This document shows positions 1 through 31,373 of a stretch of DNA of 64,000 nt, piece after piece. The notes under the pieces are model-generated. The model did no database searches. It had not been told where the DNA came from and worked only from the letters and a program-made list of their open reading frames with translations. This DNA is from the human T2T-CHM13v2.0 reference genome, Homo sapiens, in the NCBI RefSeq assembly GCF_009914755.1, contig NC_060940.1; one strand, 5' to 3'. Numbering within the stretch: the first letter of the stretch is position 1; every line of letters starts with the position of its first letter. The translations under genes and the position numbers were made by a program.

Positions 1-645
1 GATAGACTGCAGAGAAAAGGGAACACTTATACGCTGTTGATGGCAATGTAAATTAGTTCAACCACTGTGGAAAGCAGTTTGGAGATTTCTCAAACTACCT
101 AACACAGAACTACCACTTGACCCAGCAATCCCATTACTGGGTTTATATCCAAAAGGAAATAAATTGCTCTACCAAAAAGACACATACACTCTCCTGTTCA
201 TTGTAGCACTATTTACAATAGTGAAGACATGGAATCAGCCTAGGTGCCCACCAACGGTGGACTGGGTAAACAAAATGTGGCACATATACACCATGGACTA
301 TCACATAGCCATAAAAAGAATGAAATCATGTCCTTTGCAGCAACATGGATGCAGCTGGAGGCCATTATCCAAAGCAAATTAACACAGGAACAGACAAGCT
401 AATACCACATGTTCTCTCTTATAAGTGGGAGATAAGCATTGGGTACTCATGGCAAAAAGATGGCAACAATAGACACTGGGGAATACTAGAAAGGCAGGGG
501 GCAAGGGTTAAAAAACTAACTATTGGGTGCTATGTTCACTACCTGAGTGACAGGATCAATCATACCCCAAACCTCAACATCACACAATGCGCCCACATAA
601 CAAACCTGCACATATATTCCCTGAATCTAAAATAAAAGTTGAAAT
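1..645 (+). mobile_element. L1 3' end (ORF2 C-terminus + 3'UTR, L1PB/L1MA-like)
   Basis: ORF2 C-terminal motif 'FIVALFTIVKTWNQPRCP' (ORF 164..382) and L1 3'UTR ending 'ctgaatctaaaataaaagttgaaat'. Confidence 0.85.
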
Positions 646-696
646 GATAAAAAACGTGGGCGGAGGGGGAGGAATTATTTAAAAAAAAAAAAAAAA

Positions 697-1090
697 GCAA
701 ATTGTGGTATACCCACATAATAGAATACTACTTGGCAATAAAAAGGAATTAAATATGGATACTCACAACATGACCAAAAGAATCCAGACCAAAAAATAGT
801 ACATTACTGTATGATTCCACTTATATAAAAACCTATAAAATGTAAACAAATCTATACTGATAGAAAGTAGCTCGACAGTTGCCTGAGAATTAGGGAGGTT
901 AGGGAAGGGTGGAAGGAAGGGATTAACAAAGAAGCAGAAAGGCACTTTGGGGAATAATAGATACGTTAACCATCTTAATTGTGGTGATGGTTTCATGGTG
1001 TGTACATATGCTGGAATGTATCAAACTATACAGTTTAAATACATGCAGTTTTTTTTGTAGGTCAATCATACTGCAATAAAGCTACAAGAA
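697..1090 (+). mobile_element. Old L1M 3'UTR fragment
   Basis: Typical L1M 3' motifs: 'gaatactac..gcaataaaaagg', 'tactgtatgattccacttatat', 'ttaattgtggtgatggtttcatgg'. Confidence 0.7.
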
Positions 1091-1182
1091 AAATCCTGCC
1101 TTTCTTTCAACTCTTAAATTTTTCCAAATATTAAATAAAGCATGAAAAACAAAAACAGAAGCTTATATTAAAACCTGTTAAT

Positions 1183-3800
<2,618 letters not shown>

Positions 3801-3833
3801 AAAATCTACCTTTGCTGGTTGTTCTTGAGCTGA

Positions 3834-6978
<3,145 letters not shown>

Positions 6979-7148
6979 TGTGTGTCACTTTTTCAAACTA
7001 CTGATGAAATCAGGTTTCTAATATCATCATCCAGCTAAGAGTTAAATCTCTAATCCCTGCAGGAAAAATTATCACAAATTATAAATCATAGAGAACATAA
7101 GTATAATAATTATAATAATAGTAAATAACATAAAGAACTATTACATAC

Positions 7149-7874
7149 CTGTGGGCAAATAAAGCCTGCCCCGTACATAATGCTCCTTATAGAAGAAGAT
7201 AGTACATCTCTGGGAATGAGAATATCTGCAAAGATCATCATGAAGTTGCTGAAAAAGGTTAAATTAAAGACTTGAAAGAAATTCATGATCAGAAAAAGGT
7301 AAAAGTATTTCTGGGGCAAGATCTATCTCACGGATAAAATGACAGGAGTCCAGGCGAGATTCTGTTTAGATTCCAAGAGGAGGTTCTCTTTGGGGCTTCT
7401 TTTAGGTTTGAAACGCCTCACGTGATACATCCCAGCGTAAAGGCTGGCAGCAGCAAGGAAAGCAATGACGATGGCAACAGCCTGGAAATGGGGCAAAATT
7501 TCCATGTTATTAGAGATCAGGCCATAGAAAAGGATACTGGTAGAGCCCACAAGTGATGCCACTTGGTTAATTTTAATAAGCTGAAGCCGACTTTCATGTC
7601 TAGTGAAAATCTCTGCAAACAGTTTACATTGGGCTTGTTGGACACAGGTGGGCATGCTATCAAATGCACATAATGATACCACCAGGTGAAGTCCACTAAG
7701 CCAGTCACCTTCTTGATAGTATTTCCAAGGGAACCACGGGAGCAGGAAGGCTGCTGCATAGAAAGGGACACAGTACAAGACAGAAATATGATGACTTGAA
7801 CAGCATTTGGCTTTAGAGTTGTTGGGAAAATATCCAGTCAGGTCATTAAGAACATTCCATATCATTAAAATTAT
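7149..7874 (-). pseudogene. MFSD13B: MFSD13B pseudogene, large coding-type exon (726 nt) with mutated acceptor and in-frame stop
   Basis: Translation IILMIWNVLNDLTGY...FLLPWFPW...LCAFDS...LFAEIF...VR*ILPQKYFYLFLIMNFFQVFNLTFFSNFMMIF...GAGFICPQ parallels MFSD13A/TMEM180 as recalled ([44 protein letters not shown]). Donor CAG|gtatgt at 7149/7148. The expected acceptor reads ...cttcctAA. TAG at 7325-7323. Confidence 0.8.
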
Positions 7875-8077
7875 TTAGGAAGAAAAAAACACACAGGATG
7901 TTTCAGTGTAGTAGAACAAATTACTGCCCTCAGTACAAGACAAAAATGACCCCTGATTTTTTTTTTTTTACTTACGTGAAGTAACCGAAGGTGATCAGTA
8001 GAAAAGCTCATTGTTTTCAGAACTACTTAAAAATTTAATAACAGCAAATACTACTCAAAAGCCAATGTGCATTCACT

Positions 8078-10596
<2,519 letters not shown>

Positions 10597-10629
10597 CTAT
10601 GTGAAAGGACAGTAAAGATTCCATCTCAC

Positions 10630-10805
10630 CTGGGCTTGATAAAAGGCCACTTCTGAAATCTTGTACAGATGTAGAAAAAGTTTCACATAGTAGAAACCAA
10701 AGACAGAATTCAGCATTTCAGTCCCTAATGTCATCATAGAGTATGCCCAAGCAATGGGTTTGATATTTAAAAGTGTCATTTTCCATGCAGAGGAACTCTT
10801 CTTCC
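10630..10805 (-). pseudogene. MFSD13B: MFSD13B pseudogene, N-terminal coding-type exon
   Basis: ATG at 10779: MTLLNIKPIAWAYSMMTLGTEMLNSVFGFYYVKLFLHLYKISEVAFYQAQ, resembling MFSD13A '[29 protein letters not shown]'. Acceptor poly(T)...caaag| at 10805; donor CAG|gtgaga at 10630; phase 0 matches the next exon. Confidence 0.8.
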
Positions 10806-11067
10806 CTTTGTTTAAAAAAAAAAAAAAAGGTTAAAATTCACTGCACACAGTAGTGGATGGGGGGGCAAAACATGGCTGGCCAGTACTTATTTTAGCCAAA
10901 TAAGAGTTCAAACCTACGAGCTGTGAGTATGTCACCAGATTTAACACCTTACTTCCTTATCTATTCACTCAATATTTTTTGAGATGCTCGCCAGGAAACC
11001 TAGTTTGCATAGAGTATGACTCCACTTATATTTTTGTCTATCTCTTCGAACTTATAAAGTGGGATTT

Positions 11068-17360
<6,293 letters not shown>

Positions 17361-18446
17361 CGGAAAACTCTTAATTGCTTCCCATTTTTAGTTCTGGCAG
17401 CTCTCTCCATATTTGTGGAAACTATTCATTGGATTATCAATGTAAGGTATTATCTGTCGACTCACTTCTAAAATAGATCAGGATTTAACACTCCTCTCCA
17501 CCTCTTCCCTCTCTCTGAATTTCTAACAGTTTATTACCTCATGTTCTAGAGATAATCTTTCAATTGTATACTTAAACCTCGATTTTTTTTTGTTTCGTTG
17601 CTCAAAGTTAGTTAGATATTGGCCCTGTTGTCTTCCATCAGCTGCACCTTTACCTTTACGTCAAGGTTGAGAACATTGACCTTCAGGTCTGTCATCCTGC
17701 TTAAGAGTTTCCGTGCTTTGTCTGCAAGATGGTGCTTAAAGCTTTACCTAGGAGCAGTATTTGCTGGGTTATGTCGGTGGAGGACAGCGTGCTCTGCCTC
17801 GCTGGCTACTAAGTGCTGGAGCTGCAGCCTGTCCCCTCCAGGTGCAATGTCACGTCCCCAGATGCTTAACTTGTGGTCTAGGGGTACCTTTTAAAAATCG
17901 TTGCAACACTGCTTACAATTTTCGCCCTCCAAGTGGACAGCTTCGGGCATCCCTCACCGCCCCAGATTCTCAAGGGGGTCTGGTGCCCACCGTTTTATGT
18001 AGCGTGAGTTTAATTCCCAGGGCTCAGATGTCAAGGAGACAAGAGCTACCGCTCAGTGGGCGTTTTCTCAACCCAAACTCCCGATCGACCTCGAGTCTCC
18101 CCGCCGGACCCGGAGCAAATCTCAGAGTCAAGATGCGAGAAGGGGTGGCCGGGCGGCGGACCTCAGGCTTCCGGCACCCTTGCGCTTCCCGCCGGCACGA
18201 AGGACTCCCCTGGACAACCGCCCGCCTCTCAGAGGCCGGAGTCCTAGGCCCTCCGGCCTGCGTTGCCTGTCCACAGACGCGCCGGCCTCGGGACACCCAC
18301 CACAGGGGTAAGACGCGCCTCTGCCAGCTCCCCAGCCCGAAACCCAGAACGCCCTCCTAGGAGCCTCACAGCGCAGATCAGGGGACGGGCTTTCGGCCGC
18401 ACCCCTTCACTCTTTCCCCGCCTTCTTTGTTTATTCCGGACCCACC

Positions 18447-18570
18447 ATTGGCTGCTTGCCCTCGATACCGGGCGAGCCGCCGGTCTTTGGAGAGAGGCGA
18501 TTGGACGAAGTCCCTGCCGCTCGGCCAGCAGCCCGCTCGCGATTGGTTGAGGCGCCGCCGGGGGTTTGAA
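18447..18570 (+). promoter_or_regulatory. Three NF-Y CCAAT boxes (ATTGG at 18447, 18500, 18542) followed by a CHR element TTTGAA (18565-18570)
   Basis: Motifs read directly from the sequence; function inferred from known CDE/CHR promoter architecture. Confidence 0.6.
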
Positions 18571-18677
18571 TCGCATCCCCGGCCGGGGAGGGTTCTGCCA
18601 AAGTGCCACGTTGGGCCCGGCGGCGGCGTGAAGACTGGCGGCTGCGTGAGACTCCGGCTCCAGGCGTTCGCACCGTA

Positions 18678-18704
18678 ATGCCCGGCCGTTGGGGCCGTCG
18701 GTAG
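18678..18704 (+). other. Upstream ORF in the CDR2 5' leader (MPGRWGRR*)
   Basis: ATG CCC GGC CGT TGG GGC CGT CGG TAG, about 200 nt upstream of the main ATG. Requires a TSS upstream of 18678. Confidence 0.5.
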
Positions 18705-18904
18705 GCGCGAGGCGAGTCGAGGCAGCCGGCCGGTCGGCGGCCGCCGGCGGGAACGGGGCTGAGGCGGCGCAGCGGAGTCTGGGCGGCGGCGCGTCCCGCC
18801 CGAGGGCGGCTCTGGCTGAGGGCGGAGGGGCCGGGGAAGAGCCCGGGGCAGCGGCTGAGGCGGGACGGCGGCGGGGGCCGCTGCCCCTAGAAGACCCAGC
18901 CGAG

Positions 18905-18983
18905 ATGCTGGCGGAAAACCTGGTAGAGGAGTTTGAGATGAAGGAGGACGAGCCGTGGTACGACCACCAGGACCTCCAGCAAG
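18905..18983 (+). CDS. CDR2: CDR2 coding exon 1 (MLAENLVEEFEMKEDEPWYDHQDLQQ)
   Basis: Recognised CDR2 N-terminus; donor AAG|gtgagg; 79 nt, phase 1. Confidence 0.97.
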
Positions 18984-19229
18984 GTGAGGGCGGGGGCGCC
19001 CCGCGGGCGGGCGGCGGCCTGGCCCGGGAGGCCCCCGCTGCGAAACTGTTAAAAAGTTGCTTTTTGTGGCGGCGGAGGATGCAGGTGCCGGGAAGGGCTC
19101 AGGCTCACCTGGCGGCTGGGCCGGCCGTGCCCGCGGATCCCGCCCGCAGGAAGCCTCGGCACGGGGCCCACGGCCTTGCTAATGCGCAGTTGAATATCAG
19201 CCCCGAGGCGCGTGGGGGCCAGGGACGAG

Positions 19230-19740
19230 CCAGGCACCGTTTTAAGCGCTTTCCGTGGATTAGCTAGTTTAATCCTCACTGCATTCCTCCGAGGCAGACC
19301 CGGGTGAGCCAGTGTGTCCCGCAGTAAGTGGCATAGCCCGAGAAGCCGCCCCGTCGCAGGCTGTCTAGCCCAGCGCCTTTCATGGCCAGCGTGGAGGGCC
19401 GGCTGCTGCAGGTGGTAGTTGTTTTGCGGCGTAGCGGGAGCTGTGCGCTCCGCACCGTAACTCCAGGAGACAGTAACTTTTTAAAAATTAATGTTTGAGG
19501 GTACATGGTAGGTGTATATATTTGTGGGGTACATGAGATGTTTGGATACAGGCACGCAGTGTGAAATAAGCACGTGATGGAGAACGGGGCGTCCATCCCA
19601 GCATTTATCCATTGAGGTACAAACAATCCAATTACACACTTTTGTTATCCCATTTTCCATATGAGGAAAGCGGAGATTAAAACGGTAAAGTGGCTTGCCT
19701 AAAGCTAAGTGTGGGAGGGAGTGTTTTTTGAACCCACACA
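19230..19740. mobile_element. MIR remnant split by an L1M 3'-end fragment (about 19480-19640, -)
   Basis: MIR motifs 'ccaggcaccgttttaagcgcttt..tttaatcctcac' and 'atcccattttccatatgaggaaa..'; L1M 3' motif 'ggtgtatatatttgtggggtacatgagatg'. Confidence 0.6.
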
Positions 19741-21044
19741 CTCAGAAGAAGAGTTGTAGTCACTGCTCAAACCCCATCTCTTCCTTACCATCCTAGTTTA
19801 CAGTTTTTTTCAGTTGGGCGTTAAGCTGTTAGGCATAGTTCACCAGATGCCAATTGAAACGACAGAAGAAAGAGCGCATCTATCTCTGCCACTTTTCTTC
19901 AGTTTGCACGCCAGCTTTCACTTAGAAACAGGCCTGCCGATGGTGTCTCCAGAGAACAATCGTAGAGTAGCCCACTCTTTGGGGCCAGTGGGGCCCCTGT
20001 TTTTCTTATACTAATAGCAGGAGCTAGCAGTTGGGGAACACTTTTTATGTGCCTAACACTGATAGGCCCATAACACAGTTGCTCATTTAATTCTCCCAGT
20101 AACACAATAGAGGTAGTAATGTTGGGGAGTGCTAGGGTTCTCCTTAAGACTCCAGAGCAAACGTTCTTAACCGCTATACTGAGTACTGAACAATCCTCAG
20201 GAATTTTTCCAGGCATCTTCAGTTTCTGCAATTCTGTGTAAATGCTCTCAGCTCTAATCTTGCAATGAAAATTAACATCTCATTTAGTTGAATATTAAAT
20301 GATCATGTTGCTTGTTCATGCTAACCACTGAACATGGCAGAAGAAAAGAATGTAGACCTGAATAACTCAGAAAAGGAAAATAAAATGAGCACCTCTTTTG
20401 GAGGAAGATAATTTCTTAAATTAACATGCAATCACTTTAACCAAAGTAATTCACCTTTATTACACTTACAGAGTCCAAGCTACTTAGTGGTTGCAGTGCA
20501 GTGTTTGGCACCATCTTCTTTATGTCCAAGAGACAAATTTATTATACATATTAACAAACCTGTTTTCAGATTTCCCCGTAAGGATTGATGGCCTAGTTTG
20601 ATAGTTTCTCCAGGATTTGTGAGGCAACCACTGTACCACTGCAGTACTTCCCTATAATTTAATTTGTATCATCACAACTAAATATTTCTCTTTCCTGTAT
20701 TTAAGAAGCATTAATCTTTAAGGGCATAGAGGGGGCAGGTTCTTTTTTCTTGTGTTTCCAGCATCTAGCATAATACTTGGCACATACTGGAAGCTCGATT
20801 TTAATATTTGTTGAACTGCACTGAAGCACTCGCACAGAATTGTTTTCATGGCTCTCTTCCATCAGGTGCCTTAGTCCACGCTGCATTCTCCCGCTGTGGG
20901 AGGTTGTTAGGAACAACAGCTGTAACACTTCAATCTACCGAGCAGCAAGTGCAACGTGTCAGGGTTACACGAGGAATTCTCTTTAACCTCTGATCAAAAT
21001 AAAGTCATCAGCTCTTCAAGTTTAACCTTAAAAACACAGGTCTG

Positions 21045-26170
<5,126 letters not shown>

Positions 26171-26199
26171 AAGAGACAGAAAAAGAAAGCCCTTTGTTC

Positions 26200-27140
26200 A
26201 TTATCACCAAATCCAGGTTTTTCTCCCCCGCTTTATCTTTTAGACTTTATATTGAATTGGTCAACAAATCCTTTAGCTTTACTTTCAAAACATGTCAGAA
26301 TTCTGCCCCTCCTCTCCCATCTTCATCTCTGCCACCCTGGTCCAAGCCACCATCATCTCTCACCCAGACGATTGCAGTATCTTTCTGTCACTCTGCTCCC
26401 ACCTTTGTCCCATTCACCCTGTATAACAGCAGCCGGAGTGATCCTGTTAAACCTCCATTGGATTCCTTCATTTGGAGTAAAGGCCAAACTCTTGACCTCT
26501 TTAGTTAGGCCCTCCGCAAACTGGCCATCTTGGAGCCCCTCTGATTTGAGTCTTCCCCCTCCCCTCCCTGCCCAATACATTCTGCTCCACCCTCCTCAGC
26601 CTCCTTAATGACTCAGTCATGCTTCCTCCCAGGTGCTTTGCACTTGCCTTGCCTCTGCCTGGAGTGCTGTTTCCCTGATGGATACACATGGGTCACTTAT
26701 TCTGTTCCTTCACACATTGATTCTAATGTGGCCCTGGTCACATGTTCTTAAATTTCAGCCTCCCACATCCACACTCCTCCTGTACTTCTTCCTTGCTTTA
26801 TTTTTTTCTCTTTAGCATTTATCGCTATCAAGTTTTATTGTGCTGTTTCTCCCAGTAGAATATAAGCTCCATGAGGGCAGGGATATTTTTTTAATGTGAG
26901 TTCCTTATGGCTCCTGGGCACCATCCCAGTGCCTAGAATAGTGTCTGATATTATTGAGTATATGCATGCATGCATGAATACTGTTTATCACAGTATGTGA
27001 GTTTAGTTACTCATTTGTCTGGCTTCCTCCACTAATCTGGGAATGTCAGCAAAGCAGGACTTCATTTTATTCACTGTTCTATAGCTAATGCTTAGCATAG
27101 TGCCTGGCAACAAAAACATTCATTTGTGAATCAATGACTA
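26200..27140 (+). mobile_element. L2 LINE remnants
   Basis: L2 3' motifs 'tagaatataagctccatgagggcagg', 'cccagtgcctagaatagtgtctga', 'ctttgcacttgc..ctctgcctgga'. Confidence 0.7.
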
Positions 27141-28176
27141 TTAATAGTACTTTGCGTGCGTATTGCAACTTAGTTTGTAAAGTACTCCTTTATGTATTAT
27201 TTCATTTGATTTTCACAATCTTATATTGATAAGACAGTCATCTCTCTAAACAAGAATACTAACTATAGGGGCCTTAAAGTCACCATATTGAAAGTGTTCT
27301 GGTAAATGATAGAACTGGGCCTGAGACTTACCTGCCCAGAGTGCAGTGCATTTCCCACTGTATCAAAGGACTGCTCCATAAGATTTACTATGCAAAGAAG
27401 TATTTCAATGACGTATGTTACAACTAGTGTCCTTTCTTATATTGTTAACTAAATTTTCATTTCTGGGAGTTGAGTATAATATAAACAAATCCTGTTTTAT
27501 GGGCATTATACCTAAGAATAGAGAGAGCTGAAAAATGAGGTTTAAAATAAAATATGGTTCTGTGCTAAATGGAAGTATGAGCTACTGACATGTAATTACC
27601 TCAAAAACCACATTTCTGTTTTGCTTTTCTAGTTGCTCATCTTACAGAAGGACACGAAGAGAAGTAGAGTGACCTGGGGCAGTGTTCTTAATGCTGATGT
27701 ATTTTTCCTTTTCTTGACTTAATAAATTTTAGTCCCCTTAGGAGTCCAGGATATATGACAATAAACTTTAACAGTTGTATTCACAGCAGGCAAATTCATG
27801 GGAACTTTAAAGATTTTTGAAAGCTCCACCTATACCTTGGCTCAAGGGTCCATTCAAAAAAGTAGACTGTCAGGATATGAATACATTCATTGTACTAGCA
27901 AATAGGATTTTAGAAGTAACACTGCGGAATGATCATTCCTGAACAAATAACTGCATCTCCATAAAGTAGATGACCATTTTTCACTTCTTACAAGTATGGG
28001 TACATAAGAGAATACATTACCTGCTGGAGGCGTCAGTTTAACTGAATTTTAAGTAGAACTCGGGTTTCCTTCTGTGCCACTCCACCTTCCATTGGGATGT
28101 GACTTAAACTACATGTTCTTTTTTGAAGGACTGGGTTATATAAATTGTTGATGTGAGATCATTTGTATTATTCTAA

Positions 28177-28645
<469 letters not shown>

Positions 28646-30031
28646 TAAGATATACAGAATGGGGTAAGAGAACAATACAGTGAATACCCATATATCCACC
28701 ACCTAGCTTAAAAAAGAAGACTGCCCACACTCTTGAACTTCCCACCGGAGAGGGAACTTATACCTCCTCCTTGGTGACATATCCCTCCCACCTACTACCA
28801 AACCATATCCTAAATTTGAAAAAAAAAAATCATAGTTCCTGATTTCACAGTGTGTTCAGATGTTTTGCTCCATTCAAATAATCATAAAATACATGTTGCT
28901 TTCTCTCTGCTGTGATCTTGATTTGTTTACATTTTTGCTGGATATTTTATTAAAATGCTACATTTTTGGCTGAGTGTGGTGGCTTATGCCTATAATCTCA
29001 GCACTTTAGGATGCCGAGGGAGACAGATTGCCCAAGCTCAGGAATTCGAGACCAGCCTGGGCAACGTGGTAAAACCCCATCTCTACAAAAAAAAATACAA
29101 AAATTAGGCTGGTGTGGTGGCGTGTGCCTGTAGTCCCAGCTTACTTGGGAGACAGAGGTGGAAGAATCACCTGAACCTGGGAAGTCAAGGCTACAGTGAG
29201 CCAAGACCGTGCCACTGTACTCCAGGTTAGGTGATGGGAGCGAGACCTTGTCTCAATAAAAAAATAATAATAATATAATACCTTTTGCCCAGCTTAACAA
29301 ACTAAAATGAAAGATGCTAGACTAGGGCATTAAAATGGCCCTCTATGCTGCTAATCTTATAAATAGTCCCCTTCAAGTAGTTCAGTTATGTGTAGGCCAC
29401 TTGACTGTAAAGATAATCACGGATATTAACCAGTGTCCCATCAGAACACCTTTCTCCATGTCCCAACCCATGCTTCCCCCAAAAAGGGTCTGTACTTAAA
29501 TTATAAGCTCCTCCCCCTTAAATTGGTACAGTAGACCCAGGACTTTTGTGTCTGTGCACAGAAAAATGTAAAAGACTCTAGAACAGTGAAGCAGTTCATC
29601 ATAATGAGTACTTACTAAAGCTTTGATTATTTCCTGAACCAGGTGCTGGGAATTCAAACAAGCGGAGAATTACACAGTCCTTCCTTAGAAGTGATCACAT
29701 TATACAGTTTTAAACTTTTGAATACAAATCTATCATCAAAACAAAGGCAAATGTGCAATCTCAGTATCCATTAATTTTACCTAGTAACATAAAAGGTGTA
29801 TACAGTAGACCCTCCCCTTGAGCAGGATTTCTGAAATACACTTTTATAATTCTAGGAAAGTATGGCTTGCAATGATATTGAAGTCACCAGGTACCATTTT
29901 TAGCATATTCTACATCAAAAGAGCGTACAATATGTTTTACACTAAATTGAATTTAATGACCTACTGTAGGCCGGGCGCGATGGCTCAAGCCTGTAATCCC
30001 AGCACTTTGGGAGGCAGAGGCAGGCAGATCA

Positions 30032-30325
<294 letters not shown>

Positions 30326-31103
30326 CTAGGCATGGTGGCTAACGCCTATAATCCCAGCACTTTGGGAGGCCGAAGTGGAAGAATTGCTTGAGGCTAGGGT
30401 TTGAGACCAGACTGGGCCACAAAGTGAGACCGTGTCTCTAGTCTAAAAACAAAACTATTAAACTAGCCAAATGTTTTACGTGGTCAAGGAACTCTTTCCT
30501 ACTTTGTTTCGTAGACTTTGTTTTTTAACTCAGTGGGAGATTTCAGAATAGTCCTAAACGATCATCACTGTTTGTATTTGTGTAGAGACATAGTCTTAAT
30601 TGTATTATCGTAGTCTATGAGGTTTATCCGAGGCCTGATTATTGCTAATAGTTAATAAATTGTATTGATGTTTCCTGTTAGAGCATTTATAAAACACTAT
30701 AACTGGTACTTATTTTAGCATATCTTTCAAGTGTAGCTGAAAGAAGTGTAAATATTTGTAAGTTGGGAGAATGATGCCTATTGATTAGCATAGGAGATTA
30801 CAAACAACTGCTTTGTTTTCTGTGGTATCGAGGATGATTAAACATTTAAGCTAGATCATTGGTATTCTGAAAGTATCCAAAGATATCTGAGATTCTCTAA
30901 ATCTACAAATAACACTTTATTATCTAATATTATCCATAAGATATTGCAAAGCGTCATGGAAATGAAATAATCCAGTTCAGACCTTCATGATTAAATAGGT
31001 ATAAAATTCAGCCGGGTGCGGTGGCTCACGCCTGTAATCCTAGCGCTTTGGTAGGCCAAGGCGGGTGGATCACGAGGTCAGGAAATCGAGACCATCCTGG
31101 CTA

Positions 31104-31373
<270 letters not shown>

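Larger units (their letters stand above)
17920..19460. promoter_or_regulatory. CDR2: CpG island / CDR2 promoter (probably bidirectional)
   Basis: Very high GC and CpG density spanning exon 1, with GC boxes and three ATTGG (reverse CCAAT) boxes. Confidence 0.9.

Noticed and set aside
17761-19279. Several overlapping 76-199 aa ORFs in the CpG island
   Set aside because: Expected stop-codon depletion in GC-rich DNA. Only 18905-18983 matches a known protein.
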